This document shows positions 1 to 12,760 of a DNA stretch of 64,000 nucleotides, one piece after another (the stretch's first letter is position 1; each line of letters starts with the position of its first letter). The stretch spans positions 558,267 through 622,266 of the forward strand of contig BFEA01000015.1 of NCBI GenBank assembly GCA_003427395.1, in the 5' to 3' direction. Source of the DNA: Chara braunii (Eukaryota; Plantae; Charophyceae). The notes under the pieces are model-generated. The model worked only from the letters and a program-made list of their open reading frames with translations, made no database searches and had not been told where the DNA came from. Made by a program: the position numbers and the translations under genes.

Positions 1-264
1 TCCTCCTCCCATCCCATGGGACACACTGTACTCTTCTCCCTCTTGCTACGAGGCGACCTGCTCCACCAAAATGTGCAAGATGAAGAGCACAAATGATTCC
101 TCCTGAAGCAAGACCTAGTAAAAAGCCTTACCCCACCTCACACGGCATGCTAGCCCGTAGCATCACTCGTGAGAGGTACAAGACAGTGAGATGGCACTAC
201 AAATGCTTTCAAATGTTAGGAGATAGAGAGTTGAAGTGTTCACCCAACTTCTCCATTCTGCAAT

Positions 265-600
265 TCCCTGCATCGTCACGCGTCATCGCACAGCAGTGCC
301 TGACATGGCCACGCATCCTCGCACAGCAGCGCCCAGCGTCACCGTGCGTTACCGCACAACACCACTTGGCATGACCGCGCGTCGTCGCACAGCAGCACCT
401 GGCCTAGCTGCGCGTCGTCCTGCAGCAGCACTGCGTCGTTGCGTAGCAGCGCCAACTCCCTGCATCGCCACATGTCATCGCACAACAACACTAGACATAG
501 CCACGCGTCCTCGCACAACGGTGCCCAGCGTCGCCGTGCGTTACCGCACAGCAACACCTGGCATGACCGCACCGCGCCTGCCCGCTTCTCCGTAGCCCGT
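265..600. repeat. Degenerate ~30-bp-unit GC-rich tandem repeat
   Basis: Recurring cgcacagcagc/cgcacaac motifs about every 30 bp, with a longer block repeated at ~306-380 and ~496-570. Confidence 0.75.
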
Positions 601-1159
601 CGGCGAGATCGTGTCAGCGGGGCGCAGCGCTCCCGGTCGCGCTGCGCCCCTCTGGCTGTTCTTCCGCTGAAGGTTTCCAAAGGTACCTAGCCCCTGCTTT
701 CTTAATCTCCCAGAAGGCCTCATTCCCCAGCAAGTGGACCGACAGAGGGAACCATAAGATAAAAAAGGCAGCTGTGGATATCACTAAGGCTCTACCGAAA
801 AAGGAGAGGTTTAAATTCCCGGCCAACTCAGGATCCTATCGATCACCTTATCCTGTGTACACGAAGAGTTCAATAGGTAGCCCATCTATGCCTGGGCATT
901 TGCTTGCCTGTAGTTGGAAGGGATAGAGGCAGAGAGTCCCAGAAGGCCGACACCCTTGAGAGGTCTGAGTCGGCAGTCTCATGTGTGCGCCTGGATGTCA
1001 CCATATCAGCGAAATAATGTCTGGCATACCTGCACATCGCCTCTGTATCTTTAACTATGGCACATTTCTATCAGCGGGGTGTGCCAATTCTCTCGAGACC
1101 GATTTTGACTGACTTAGGAGCTTGAAGGATCTAAAATCTTTTCCTTTTTTCTCTGTGTC

Positions 1160-1279
1160 TTTTTTTTTTTTTTTTTTTCTGGACCATTTCTCGATTTATG
1201 CCTGTCATCCTTGTGCAGGGGCCATTTGCTAATCTTCATTCTCTGTATCGTTCCAATTTTAACCGATGTCCTGAAGGAC
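1160..1279 (-). pseudogene. U6: U6 snRNA retrocopy, full length, poly(A)-tailed
   Basis: Reverse complement reads GTCCTTCAGGACATCGGTTAAAATTGGAACGATACAGAGA..GATTAGC..ATGGCCCCTGCACAAGGATGACA..ATAAATCGAGAAATGGTCCAG then an A-run (1160-1178). Matches plant-type U6 with small indels. Confidence 0.92.
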
Positions 1280-1309
1280 CTCTCTTTATTTTTTGAAAAG
1301 ACAATAAAG

Positions 1310-1530
1310 TGGACATCTCAGCAGAGGCTCCCGCTGCAGCTAAAATGTGCAACTTAAAAAAAAAAAGAAAAAAAAGTGCGACTTATAATGCCACCCATTT
1401 TCGTCTGGAAGACAGACTGAGTGTCACCTACATAAACTGAAAATAGTTCTGGTGACTCCTTCGTGACATCTAGCCTGAGAGGAATGACTTGTGCTTTTCG
1501 ACCATCAGCTTCATCAGCACCATTCCATGA
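1310..1530. repeat. Dispersed ~200-bp repeat; diverged second copy at ~15460-15660
   Basis: Shared blocks gctgcagct..gcaactt, gtctggaagac, tctag.ctg.gagg and catcagcaccatt in the same order. Confidence 0.65.
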
Positions 1531-1613
1531 CCTTTTTTTTTATTATCTGGACCCTTTTTTTCTTTAAATTAAATTCGTTATTTTCAAAAAAAATTCCACT
1601 TTTCTTTTTTCAA

Positions 1614-2717
1614 TTTGGACCTTTTCTCGATTGATGTGCCTCTTCCTCTGGGGCGAGGTCCCACTAGCAACGGGATAGGATCGAAACGAGTTTGTGGGGC
1701 AGTTGAGTGACCCAAATCCTGCCGTGCGGTACTCGTGATCCCACGGTCAGTATTTTACATGTATTACCCGAAAAAGTAAGGAGATCTTTGTTCCCCTCCT
1801 CCTCTCCTTAACACTGGGCATGCCAAATGCAAAGAAAGCTTCCCGCCAGAATCTTTTCAATCGGTTGGGGGTGCGGCCAACCCCGAGCGAGGATGAAGTC
1901 GGCCTTAGAGGCTCGCAACACAGGCTGTCGAATGTCGAAAATTTTCGACAGGTATTTCACAGTCGGGCGGTCGACAATTTCCCCCCCTTCACCACACAGG
2001 CTGTCAAGGGGCAAGGTTTTTGGTTAATTGACAGGCGGACGGGTTTCACGGAAGTTGATGGAACAGTCCCTGACAACGCAAATTCGAACGCAATTTTCGA
2101 AAGGTCGGCGGGCCACTGTCGAATTTCCGTCACCTGCAGGCTGGTGGAAACGGTTGCTGGAGGGCGGCTGTCGAAAGGACCATTCTGACACCTGTCGAAA
2201 GTTTTTTGAGTCGCAATTCTTCGAAAGTCTGTGTGGCGATGCAAAATTGTCGAAAACCTGGTTTTTGACAGCCTGTGTGGCGAGCCTCTTAGGCCCACTG
2301 GATAGAAGATTCTCAGTATTTTACTTGCTGTTGTGCAATTATCTCATTGGGTGGAGCCCTCCTTCAATCACGGAGTATGTGGAGGGTGTCAGGATCAGTG
2401 CTGACAGAAGTCAAGTTTATTCCAGAAAATGTGGCGGTTACTGTGTTCACTGTTGTTGCAACCACCACCAACAGATCATTCGTGATCTGATGGCTGGGAA
2501 GCACTCTGCCATGATTTCTGGTGGGAGGTCTCTGTTTTTTTTGTTTTTTTTTGCCTTTCTCCTGTTTTCTCAGCCCAGAAATCCGTAATGAACCTGTCAG
2601 GCCGCTGCCACTCAGTGTCACACTGGATCGGCCACACTCCTATCCGACTGCTAGTGGGACCTCGCCCCTGCTAATCTTCTTTGTATCATTCCAATTTCAA
2701 CTGCTGTCGTGAAGGTC
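1614..2717 (-). pseudogene. U6: U6 retrocopy split by a TIR element (3' part ~1614-1649, 5' part ~2669-2717)
   Basis: tggaccttttctcgattgatg (U6 3' end, reverse complement) and tgctaatcttctttgtatcattccaattt (U6 core, reverse complement) flank the 1650-2668 insertion in the correct order. Confidence 0.75.
1650..2668. mobile_element. Non-autonomous TIR DNA transposon (~1 kb)
   Basis: Left GGGGCGAGGTCCCACTAGCAACGGGATAGGA, right TCCTATCCGACTGCTAGTGGGACCTCGCCCC: first 20 bp perfectly inverted, ~31 bp near-perfect. Internal TGTCGA(A) repeats. TSD not resolved. Confidence 0.8.
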
Positions 2718-2809
2718 CGATGGACACTGCAGAATGTCTTGTTTGATTGTTAGACAACAACGAATGCTCGTGAAGGTCCAATGGAAAAAAAAAGCAGTAG
2801 CACAATTCT

Positions 2810-5800
2810 TTTTTTTATTTTTATTTTTTTTTATTAATAACGGGCCCAGTGCCCAAGGCTTATATTATCAAAGCAAATTGAGGCCGGGGTCCTCACAGTC
2901 TACTCGGAAAAGAGAACTTCTGGGAGCATTACCCAGTTTCGCTTCAAAAAATAACTCTCTACTGCCTAACATCAATCACAATTGTTGAATCTTATGCATA
3001 AGACCTCTCAGCCCGTAGGCTGTCAGAAATTAGTGAGCTGCTAGCCTTGTTGCTAAGAATCTCATGTGGAGTTTAAACCTATGTGCTACAGCGTCTATAG
3101 CTGGAGCCTGTTACTGTCTCAGTTGCCCAGTAAGGATAGCGCCTAGTCCTGCCTAAAATTCATCTTGAGAAAACTTTATTCTGTCCAAAAGCTGGGAACC
3201 GGGCCCAGCATCCCCTTGGTGGGCCGAGTCGCAGAGAAAGTGGGGGGGCATGTAAGTGCCAAAGGGAGGGGGCAATATCCCAGCGAGCTGAGACCCCGCT
3301 GGGATTGGGGAGGGTTTTATGTAGGTTTCTGAGTTAGCCACAGGGAGAGTTCAAGTCTCCCATTGGTACCAGGCTTGACTAGAGATGTCGGCATGTTGCA
3401 CGAATTATAGCCTTAAGTTGCACATCAGCACAGCGCTCTTGTCGGAAGGCATGCGAGTTCCTTTCACCCCAGATGGTCGACATCAGAATGCCCCTGAAGG
3501 TTTGTGCCACATAGCAGGCCGCTGAGTCGCCCTTATTGGCAGTTGGAGGAATGCCAGACAGGATGAATTCGTCCGACCACTCGAAGGAAGCCCATGGGAG
3601 CTTCGACCAGTGTCCACGCCACTAAGCCCAGATTCGTTTTGAGAAAGGACAATCCACCCAGAGATGTCGGTTAGTTTCCCAGGCCCATTGACAGCGCGTG
3701 CAGCTTGTAGAGACTTCCATACCTCTCCCTGCCAGAAAAGCAGCGGAGGCAATCACCAGCAGGGACTGTTGCCACAGTAGACTCCCCAGTTTAACGGAGG
3801 GTAGAGATTTAAGCAGTTGCCAATGTTTAACCTGTGTGTTCTTCTCATAGGTGATAAGTGACTGTTCCTGTCTGCGTTTGCTCAGCAGTTCGAAAGGGCT
3901 GTTAGGTGATTTTTCCCTGAGGAGAGCTGTGCCCAATTTGGAAGTGTACCGATGCATTGGGATCTCAGTCTGTTCTTGATGAACCGAGGTACGCCAGTGC
4001 CACCTCGTGGGGTCTAGTTTGAGTTCCGCCAGAGGAGTACCTCTGAACTTGACTAATGGGTGGGCTATACCATGTTGATCTGGATTCGGATCAACTTTGC
4101 ATTCTATCAATGGCAGGTTCCGGGAGGGAGATACCTCAGAGTCAAAACGGAGGGGGAAATCATCCGTTGCCCCACATTCTGCAGTCCAGGTCTGAAGGAG
4201 GGGGTTGTCCTGAGCAGACCCTTGGATTAGTCTGTAGTAGATCTGCTTTGTGTTATCCCCACGAGGGCGGTACCATCTGTCCATTTCCATTTGTTGGCCT
4301 GACCCTAGGAGGTCTTGCCAATGGGTTGGGATGGCACCCAGCAGTCTGCGCAATTTCACTCCTGCATCTCTCAGGTAAGGAAAACGGCTCCTCAGGTCTT
4401 TTTCTGTCAGCCAATCTGAATTATCAGTGTTCCTGATGTCTTTGATACGCAAGATTCCTCTTTCAATCCATCTACGTGCGAATAAGCCGGGTTTATCAGC
4501 TGCAGAGAAAGGATCTCCTTTCTCGTCCACGATGAATTTGTTTTCGAAAAGGAGTTCTTCTAATACCTCTACCTTGGAGGCTGGTCCTGTATGAACTGTT
4601 GGCTTTAGCTTCTTCCATGCAAAAAGGACTGCACTCCAGAACTTAGATTTCGGGCGACGGCTGGCGAATGAGTCCAGCATGAGGCAGCGCCATGTGTCAG
4701 CGTGGTTACTCAGATTCCATTCTCTTCCCAGGATGTATTCTCCCATTGCAATCCAAAATTTGTCGGAGGTTTCTGAGAGGGCTCGAATTGGCCATCTGGC
4801 CAGTAGGGCCAAATTCTGCCGTCTCGGGTCCAAAATGCCCAGTCCGCCTTCATGCTTGGGGAAGGTCACTGCTTCCCAGGCTACTTTGGCTAGGTAGCCC
4901 TGGTCCTCTGTTGCTGTCGGTTTCCACACTGTCTTCCTAGCCTTGGCTTTGATAGACCTGTATGCTTTGTCTCCCAACAGGTGGACAGTAAGACGAACCA
5001 GAGGGTTGAGAATGCGGCTGCGGTTAAAAGGAGGGATCTGCCAAACAGAGATGAGAGGTACGGGCGGTTCCACTTGGTGATACGCGAGATTACTTTCTCT
5101 TCTAGTAACTGGTCCTGAAAGTCCGAGCAGTCTGTGACCGCTACTTGGACCCCTAAGAAACGCTCGGACGAGTCTCCTGGAATGGATTTCATGCCCCAAT
5201 CCACACACAGCTGAAAGGGAGGGGGCAACAGGTATGAGGTTTTAGACCAGTTAACCGAACCCTCCGATAGTTCACAGTATGTAGCTAGAACATTCTGCAC
5301 TTCGGTCAGCACGCTCAGGACGTTTTCCACACAAACTGTGAGGTCGTCAGCAATAGCTCCTATTTTCCATTCGAGGCCCCTGCTGATCCTGAGGCCCGAT
5401 ATTCGAGGGTTGTGTCTGAAGTTGTCCAACAGAACTTCGAGGTGAACAACGAAAACCAAGGGGGCCAGTGGGCAACCCTGACGCAGCGATCTAGTGAGGC
5501 GGAATGAGTCGGATCTTTGGCCATTAACCATAACTGCTGTGGTCGCTCTGGAGTACATTGCTTGCACCCAGGCGCAGATGTTCGGACCAAAACGCATGTG
5601 TCGCAGGGTGGTTTGTACGAAAGTCCAGCCTACCTTGTCGTAGGCTTTCTCCATGTCGAGGAGGATAACAGCAATGTCTCTTCTCTCTTTGACTATAATT
5701 TCGATAGCCTGCAAAGTGGTAACTATGTTGTCGTGGATAGATCGGCCTTTCACAAAGGCTCCTTGTTCCTGGCCTGTTAGGATAGGCAGGTGGTTCGCCA

Positions 5801-6476
5801 GTCTGAGGGCAATAGCCTTAGCTAATAACTTGTAGGCGGCATTCAACAGTGAGATAGGCCGCCAGTTACGTATGTCTTTTTTGCTGCCCTTTTTGTAGAG
5901 TAAAGAGATCACTCCAGCGACCATTGAACTGGGGAGGGGTTGCCCTTCAAGAACCTTGTTGAAGATCTCCGAAAGTGCTGGACCAAAGAAAATCCAAAGA
6001 GCTATGATGAACTCGATTGGCAGTCCATCCGGGCCTGGGGCTTTACCCTTGGCCATCGCATGAGCCGCCACTTCGAGTTCTTCTACAGTGAGAGGCCTGT
6101 CCAAGTCTAGGATCGCGTGTAGTGGAAGATGTCTACCGGAGAAATTCCAGAAACTGGAATATTCTCTTAGGTCCGTGTCTGGGGCGTCATAGGGACGGCG
6201 AGTAGTAAGTATATCACTAAAGTAATCTTTAGCATATTGGCACATTTGGACCAACGTTTTGGCGATGGGAGCCGTCAGCGAAAAGGGGTGTTCAAGTTCC
6301 TTCATGAGCGGTTTTGCCACTGATTCCATCAAGGCTCGAAAGGACTCTTTAGTCATTCTATCATAGTGGGTCATGCCTTTAATCCGCAACCATTCTTTGT
6401 GCTGTCCCTCGGCCTTGATTTCTTGTACCTCCAGGTTCTGGAGGGCCTTACTCCGTTTCTGCAGCCAGTAACGGTC
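2810..6476 (-). mobile_element. 5'-truncated L1/Tx1-like LINE (RT + zf-RVT, frameshifted) with A-rich tail
   Basis: ORF 4890-6497 has KAPGPDG, WRPISLLN, LDMEKAYD, LRQGCPLAP, IADD. ORF 3622-5208 has GGLG and CTRC..ETNRHLWVDC. T-rich tail from 2810. 13-bp TSD gtagcaca(a/t)ttct at 2797-2809 and 6477-6489. Confidence 0.93.
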
Positions 6477-7045
6477 GTAGCACATTTCTCTTGTCAAGCG
6501 ACCACGGGAACATTCCGAAAATTTTGTCTACCTTCTTCGGTCATAATAGCTGTATTTATACATTCGTCATAGTAGCTATATTTAGACTGAAACATACCCC
6601 AGCGGCTATAATGACCACGTGTTGTATTGGGGGGAAGAAGGCAGGAAGCCATAATGTCCACTGACCCTCTTTACCCACACCCAAAATAATATGTCGTAAA
6701 CCATGACTACTTCCCAGGCACTTCGCTCCGAGGCTGGAAACGTGCTGCACGCCAAAAGAAAACGACTGTCACAGTTGTGGGCCTCCTTTTCGCTGCCCCC
6801 ACCAGCCATTTTGCTCCGGCGGCTGAGTCCCAGCAGCACGCAAGCCGCAGCCTCAAAAAACTGGTTGGAACTTGGGAAACCTCCTACTGGAGGGGTCCAA
6901 TCCCAGGCAAGCGGTATTTGGTATCACGGTACTATCACCCTCCAGCTGAGCCCCTGTTCAACTAACACCACTATAATTTCAGTATTTTACTATTTTGGTT
7001 TCTAACAGGAGCCAACCTCTGACACTAACCTGCAGGCCCAGTCCA

Positions 7046-7347
7046 GGACTTGGTTGCAGAGACTGGGATCCGCAGGCTGGCCCCCGTATGCCTGTCAGTG
7101 ATCCTGCCAGCGAAAACAAAATCTACATTCCACAGTTCCCCATGTGACTGTGCCCATTTTTTTTCTTAACCCCTTTCTTTTCCCAATGACAACCTGGGAC
7201 TTAGTTGCAGAGACTGGGATCTGCAGGCTGGCCCCCGTATGCCTGTCAGTGATCCTGCCAGCAAAAACAAAATCTACATTCCACAGTTCCCCATGTGACT
7301 GTGCCCATTTTTTTTTTTAACCCCTTTCTTTTCCCAATGAGAACCTG
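7046..7347. repeat. Tandem duplication, ~151-bp unit x2
   Basis: ggactt.gttgcagagactgggat...cccaatga at ~7046 and ~7197. Confidence 0.85.
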
Positions 7348-7552
7348 GTGACCGTCCCCTCATTTTGCTTGTGCTATTACTAATGATGTTATTTTCATGG
7401 GACGCTGGACCCGGTTCCCGGCAGGTGATGCTCCCGACCAATTGATGGCGCGGGTTTGCTTTGTAAGAATGCTATCAATTGATTCAGGCCTAAAAGTAGG
7501 CTATCATGTAGGGGCGACGGTCGCACAGACCGTGAGTCAGTCCGGTGGCGTC

Positions 7553-10500
7553 ATGGCAAGCCAGCAGAGCCTGGTCGTGCTGAGGGCCTTAGAGAGATAC
7601 AGACAGAGAAGGAGAGGATGCTCAGACGTGGGACAAGGATGCAGCGGAGACAAGCGGACCTTAGAGAGTTAGAGGAGATGGAATTCACACATATGGATGA
7701 TAATGTGAGGGTCGTGAGAACAACTTTGCTAGGTGTAGTAGAAATGCAAGACTATCACACGACACTTGCAGGGCATTCAGCAGAGCCTGGCCGTGCTGGT
7801 CGGGCAAGTTCAGGTAGCACCATCACCATCAGGGCTCGGTCCCTGGCCCGTGGTACAGCCTCCTCCTTTTGTCCCACCGGTGACTGGAGTATCCCCATTC
7901 CTAGTTTCTCCAGCACCGGTACAAGCCGAAATGCCTTTGACAGGTGGGTTTCCAGCAGGTACTGGTGTACAGGTTCCAGTCCAGACAGTGTTCTCCCAAC
8001 CTCCGTTGCAGACTGCCGTAACTGGGCAGCCTGCTGTCTCGCAGCCGACACAGCCGCAAGGCACACAACCCCAACAACAGCTAGTGCAGCAGCCTGCACC
8101 CCAGGGCCCAGGGTCCACAACCTGGAGTAGTGCAGGTACCGGGACAAGGCCAGTGGATTCTGAAGACTGCCATCGCCTCGCCTAGACCCTTCTCAGGGGA
8201 TAAGAGGAGCGAAGACCTTGACACATGGTTGTTAATGAGGTAAGTGCCAGTCTACGTGAGTGCAAATTAACCTTGTCACACGAGGAAGTGTTTGTGGCTG
8301 CCTCCTACCAGGAGGGGAATGCAGGAAGGTGGCTAAGTGGGTTAGTACAACTGCAGGGGTACGGTCATGAATTCCATGTTTGGGCAGTCAACCAGAAACT
8401 GATGACTTCCTCAATCTGGTGGAGGAAAGGTGGCATGATCCTCAGGAGGCCCAAAAGGCCACTGATGCGATCCTGACTTTGAGCTCTAGAACGTTCAAGT
8501 CAGTAAGGGATGACACATACGCAGTGGAGCGTCTGATCTGTGTGCCTGGAGTGCGCTATGAGTCTATAACCCCAGGTCTTGCTTACCACTTACCTGAGAT
8601 GCCTTCCCATGCCACTCAGGAATCAGTTGGCAGGTGAGGCCCATATCACCATACACAACTTCCCCTCGTTCAGCAAGAAGGCCTTAGACCTAGAGGCAAA
8701 GATAGAGCATGGGCACCAACCTGCGACAGATGGTAGGAAGAAGGCACTGCCTCCCAACTTGAAGGCGAAGGGTCGCATTATGTTCGTCGATAACGATGGC
8801 TCAACCATGAAATTAGATGACGACTTCCAGAAGGGAGTAGGTTTATAGGCGGGCAGCGTAGAGGCTTCAGCGGGTGGAGGATTCGCTGCCTCAGTCCAGA
8901 AAGGTAAAAGGCGACCAGTAGACGCCGTGGAGGCTTCCGGTCTAGGAGTTAAGTAGACCCCAATTCTCCTCCATGGGAGAAAACGGGTCTAACAGAGGAC
9001 GCGTGGAGAGACCGTTACACGCGGCAGACTTGTATCCGTTGTGGCCAATATGGCCATAACCAGTTCAAGTGTCGAAATAAGAAGGTGACGGAAAAGATCC
9101 CGCCTACAATGGGGCAGGCGTCGGCATCCTCCGCTTCCCAGGGTAGCAATGTTGCCTGCAATTTTGACACTGCTTCGGAAAACACATCGAGCTAGTAGGA
9201 ATGGTAGTTGTTCCTGCTAGGGTCGAGGTGGTGGACACACCCTCACCATCTTGAGAGATGGCCCAAGCTATTGACTCCGTTGTCGTCAAATAAACACATT
9301 CAGACTCATCGATCCTCTGTTCGATGAATGTGTTTGAATCCTTAGAGGACCTAGAGGAGGAGTGGTCTAGATCGGACCCGTTAGCTTCTTGGACGGTCAT
9401 GGTCAAAACCCCTAAGGGTGAGTTGTTCGTCGGCGAGGTAGTTATCGGTGGCAGCAAGGCCGGGGCCTATTATGACACTTGCTCAACGCGGAACTTTATT
9501 AGTCGCGCGTGCGTTGAAAGGCTGCGCTTACAGAGGCAAGTGCAGCGCCTGAGTCGATCTGTGGAATTGACCTGTGCCAACAAACAGCGCATGGTAGTCA
9601 CTGACTACCTTAAAGACATTGAGTGTCTTTTACCGTACGCGGGAGGGGAGCTGAGACATCGAGTCTCGTCCTTGTCAGTGACGATCTCCCAATGAATATC
9701 ATGTCGGGTATGTACTATCTTTCGGTTGCACAACCGCAATTTGACTGGGACCGAAAAGTGGTCAAACACACTTTGCCCGGAGGGGGGACCGCCAGATTGC
9801 GTAAGTTTAAAGCCAGTAGTCTGATTGAGTCCTACAGATGCATGTGTGTGGTCGTGTTCTATAACTATCATAAGCAAATCCGGAGGAGGGTATGCACTTA
9901 GTTTACGTCTCTGCAGAAGGTGAGCCGGTGCAAGTACCTCCAGAGATAGAGGGAGTGGTCGCTAGGTACCCTGATCTATTCGAAGAGCCGAAAGGGGTTG
10001 TTGAGAGGAAGGTTTTTCACGCAATAGAGATTATCCCAGAATCTAGTATTATGAAGGGTAGGATCTATCGGATGTCTCCAGCGGAACTTGACGAGCTTCG
10101 CCGACAACTCAAGGAACTCATAGAGAAGGGTTGGATCCGTCCGAGTATTTCCCCTTATGGATCTCCTGTCTTATTCGTGCCAAAGAAGGGCGGAACCTTG
10201 AGGATGTGCATTGACTGTAGGAGCCTCAATGCCATCACTGTGAAGAACGTAGAGGCCCTGTCGCGCATTGATGACTTATTGAACCGAGTGCAAGGGTGTC
10301 GGTACTTCAGTAAGATAGATCTTAAGTCCGGGTACCATCAGATTGCAATACAGCCTGATGATCAACACAAACCGCTTTTCAAACCAGGTACGGTCTGTAC
10401 GAGTTTGTGGTGATGCCTTTCAACCGTTGCAATGATCCTGGCGCCTTTCAACACACCATGAACCGGATCTTTCATGACTACTTGGACAAGTTTGTAATCG

Positions 10501-12760
10501 TGTACCTCAATGATATACTTATCTTTAGTAGAACTGTCGAGGAGCATGAAGCCCACTTAGACAAAGTCCTTAGTCTCCTCAAGCAGCACCAGTTCAAGAT
10601 TTACCAGGAGAAGTGCGAGTTTGGCCGCACCCGGATCTTGTACTTAGGTCATGAAATTTCCGCAGAGGAATTCAAGCCCGATGACGCGAAGGTGACCAAC
10701 ATTCGTGATTGGCCATGTCCTCGGTATGTGACTGAGATGAGGTCCTTCTTAGGGATGACCGGCTACTACCGCAATTTTGCCAAGAACTATAGCATAGTGG
10801 TCGCCCCTTTGACGGACCTGACCCGCCTTGACACCCCATGGGAGTGGACAAATAGGTGTGAGGTTGCCTTCAGACATTTGAAGCATGCTCTGACACACCT
10901 TGAGGTCTTAAAACTTCCAGATACTGACAAACCATTTATAGTAACCACGGATGCCAACCAATATGGCATAGGCGCCATGCTTGTGCAATAAAAGGGGCCA
11001 AAGTTAAGGCTAGTTGAGTACATGTCTAAAAAGATGCCCTCTCAGAAGTTGGCTAAGTCCACCTATGGGAAAAAACTCTATGCGATCTACAAAGCGCTAA
11101 CCCACTGGAGACACTACCTTATTGGGAGGGTCTTCTACGTCAGAACTGATCATCAAACCCTGAACTTTCTGAAGTGGATGAGAACCCAGCCAGTGTTCTC
11201 TGATGCGCTGAAACGCTGGATCGAAGTCATTGAGCAGTATGACTTCGAACCCTAGTACATCAAAGGAGAGTACAACAGAGTTGTTGATGCATTGTCGTGT
11301 AGGCTAGACTTCCTTGGTGCACTGATCACTGGGCTTGGGTTTGCGGACGATGTTACTCGTTATTTGGTGGAAGCCTATCGTGAGGATCCGTTTATGGCTG
11401 AGATCATACGTAGACTCGAGGCGCAGGGCAAAGTAACTTCTGTCGAGTTTGAGTTGGTCAACGACCTGCTGTTCCGTGAGAAGGTCGGGAATAAACGTTT
11501 GTGTGTGCTTAATCGGGAGTCTTTGCGTAGTTGATTTTTAGGTGAGTGTCATGATGCCACGTGACATTTTGGCTATAAGAAGACTGCAGCCAATCTGCTG
11601 CAACAGTTCTGGTGGCCCACAATGATGAGAGATGCCGAGCTGTACGTGGAAACTTGTCAAGTGTGTCAAAAGGACAAGCCACGTACACAGGCCCCTCTTG
11701 GGCTCCTCAAGCCCCTTTCGATTCCGGAAAGGCCTGGTGACTCGGCGGTGAGAGTCTGTCCATGGACTTCATCGACACGCTGGTCACCAGCAAGAATGGA
11801 ATGAGACACATCTTTGTCATTGTGGTGGGTAAGTACGCTAGATTAGTTGCAATGCCTGAAACAGCAAAGACCGGGTACGTCATTAGGTTGTTCAAGGAGA
11901 ACTGGTTCAGAGACTTTGGGCTACCAAAGTCTATTGTAAGTGACCGGAATATCCGATTCACAAGCCAGTTGTGGAAGGCTGCAGCTGTAGAACAGGGCAC
12001 ACAACTGAAGATGACCTCCGGGAACCACCCAGAGGCAAACGGGCAAGCAGTGCAGCTGAACTGCGCTGTACAACACCTATTGAGGCACTACATCAAGCCC
12101 TACCAGGTGGACTAGGATGCGAAACTTGCTCTCATCGCCAACCTGTACAACAATGTTGTGCACAACGCTACAGGGGTGAGTCCTAACAGCCTGCTACTGA
12201 CATTCAAGCCTAGACTGCCACTATACTTCCTACTACAGAGTTGATGCAACAAGCATTAGAACAGATGAACAAAGCACAGGTGGCAATGATAGAATCTGAG
12301 AATAAACACCGCCGCCCATCGACATTTCAGGTAGGGGATAGAGTCTGGGTTAAGTCCTCTAAACTGGGGCAGGAGCACGGTATCTCCAGCAAGCTCATGC
12401 CACAGTACTTTGGGCCCTGGGAGGTTCTAGATATTGTCGGGGATGATCCGAACGGGCCGTCGTATGTAGTTCACATCCCTGGTCACCTACGCACTTACCT
12501 TGTCTTTCACGCCTCCAAGCTTGTACCTTTCAAAGTTTCCTTCACGTCGCTCAATGCTGCCCCCAACCATGGACGGAGAGGTCGACATGGACGGCATCGT
12601 GGACCACAGGGAAATGCCAGTTCCAAGACCGACAGGCAGGGGACGTCCTCCGAAGCCGAAGCTGCAGTATCGTGTTAGGTTTAGACATCACACTGATCCA
12701 AAGGAGGACAGATGGTTTGCACGGGAGGAACTGATGCAGGCCGCTCCAGAAAGGAAAGCG
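7553..12760 (+). mobile_element. Degenerate Ty3/gypsy (chromovirus-type) gag-pol: gag, protease, RT, RNase H, integrase, chromodomain; LTRs not found
   Basis: Zinc knuckle CIRCGQYGHNQFKC (9031-9072), protease YYDTCSTRNF, RT SPYGSPVLFVPKK, KIDLKSGYHQ and VYLND, RNaseH TTDAN and TDHQ, integrase CQVCQ, MDFI, SDR and HPEANGQ, GPY/F-like YFGPW, chromodomain-like ORF 12500-12769. Many stops and frameshifts. Confidence 0.93.

Noticed and set aside
1180-1279. Functional U6 gene
   Set aside because: It has indels near the catalytic region, an A-tail instead of a T terminator, and no recognisable USE/TATA upstream.
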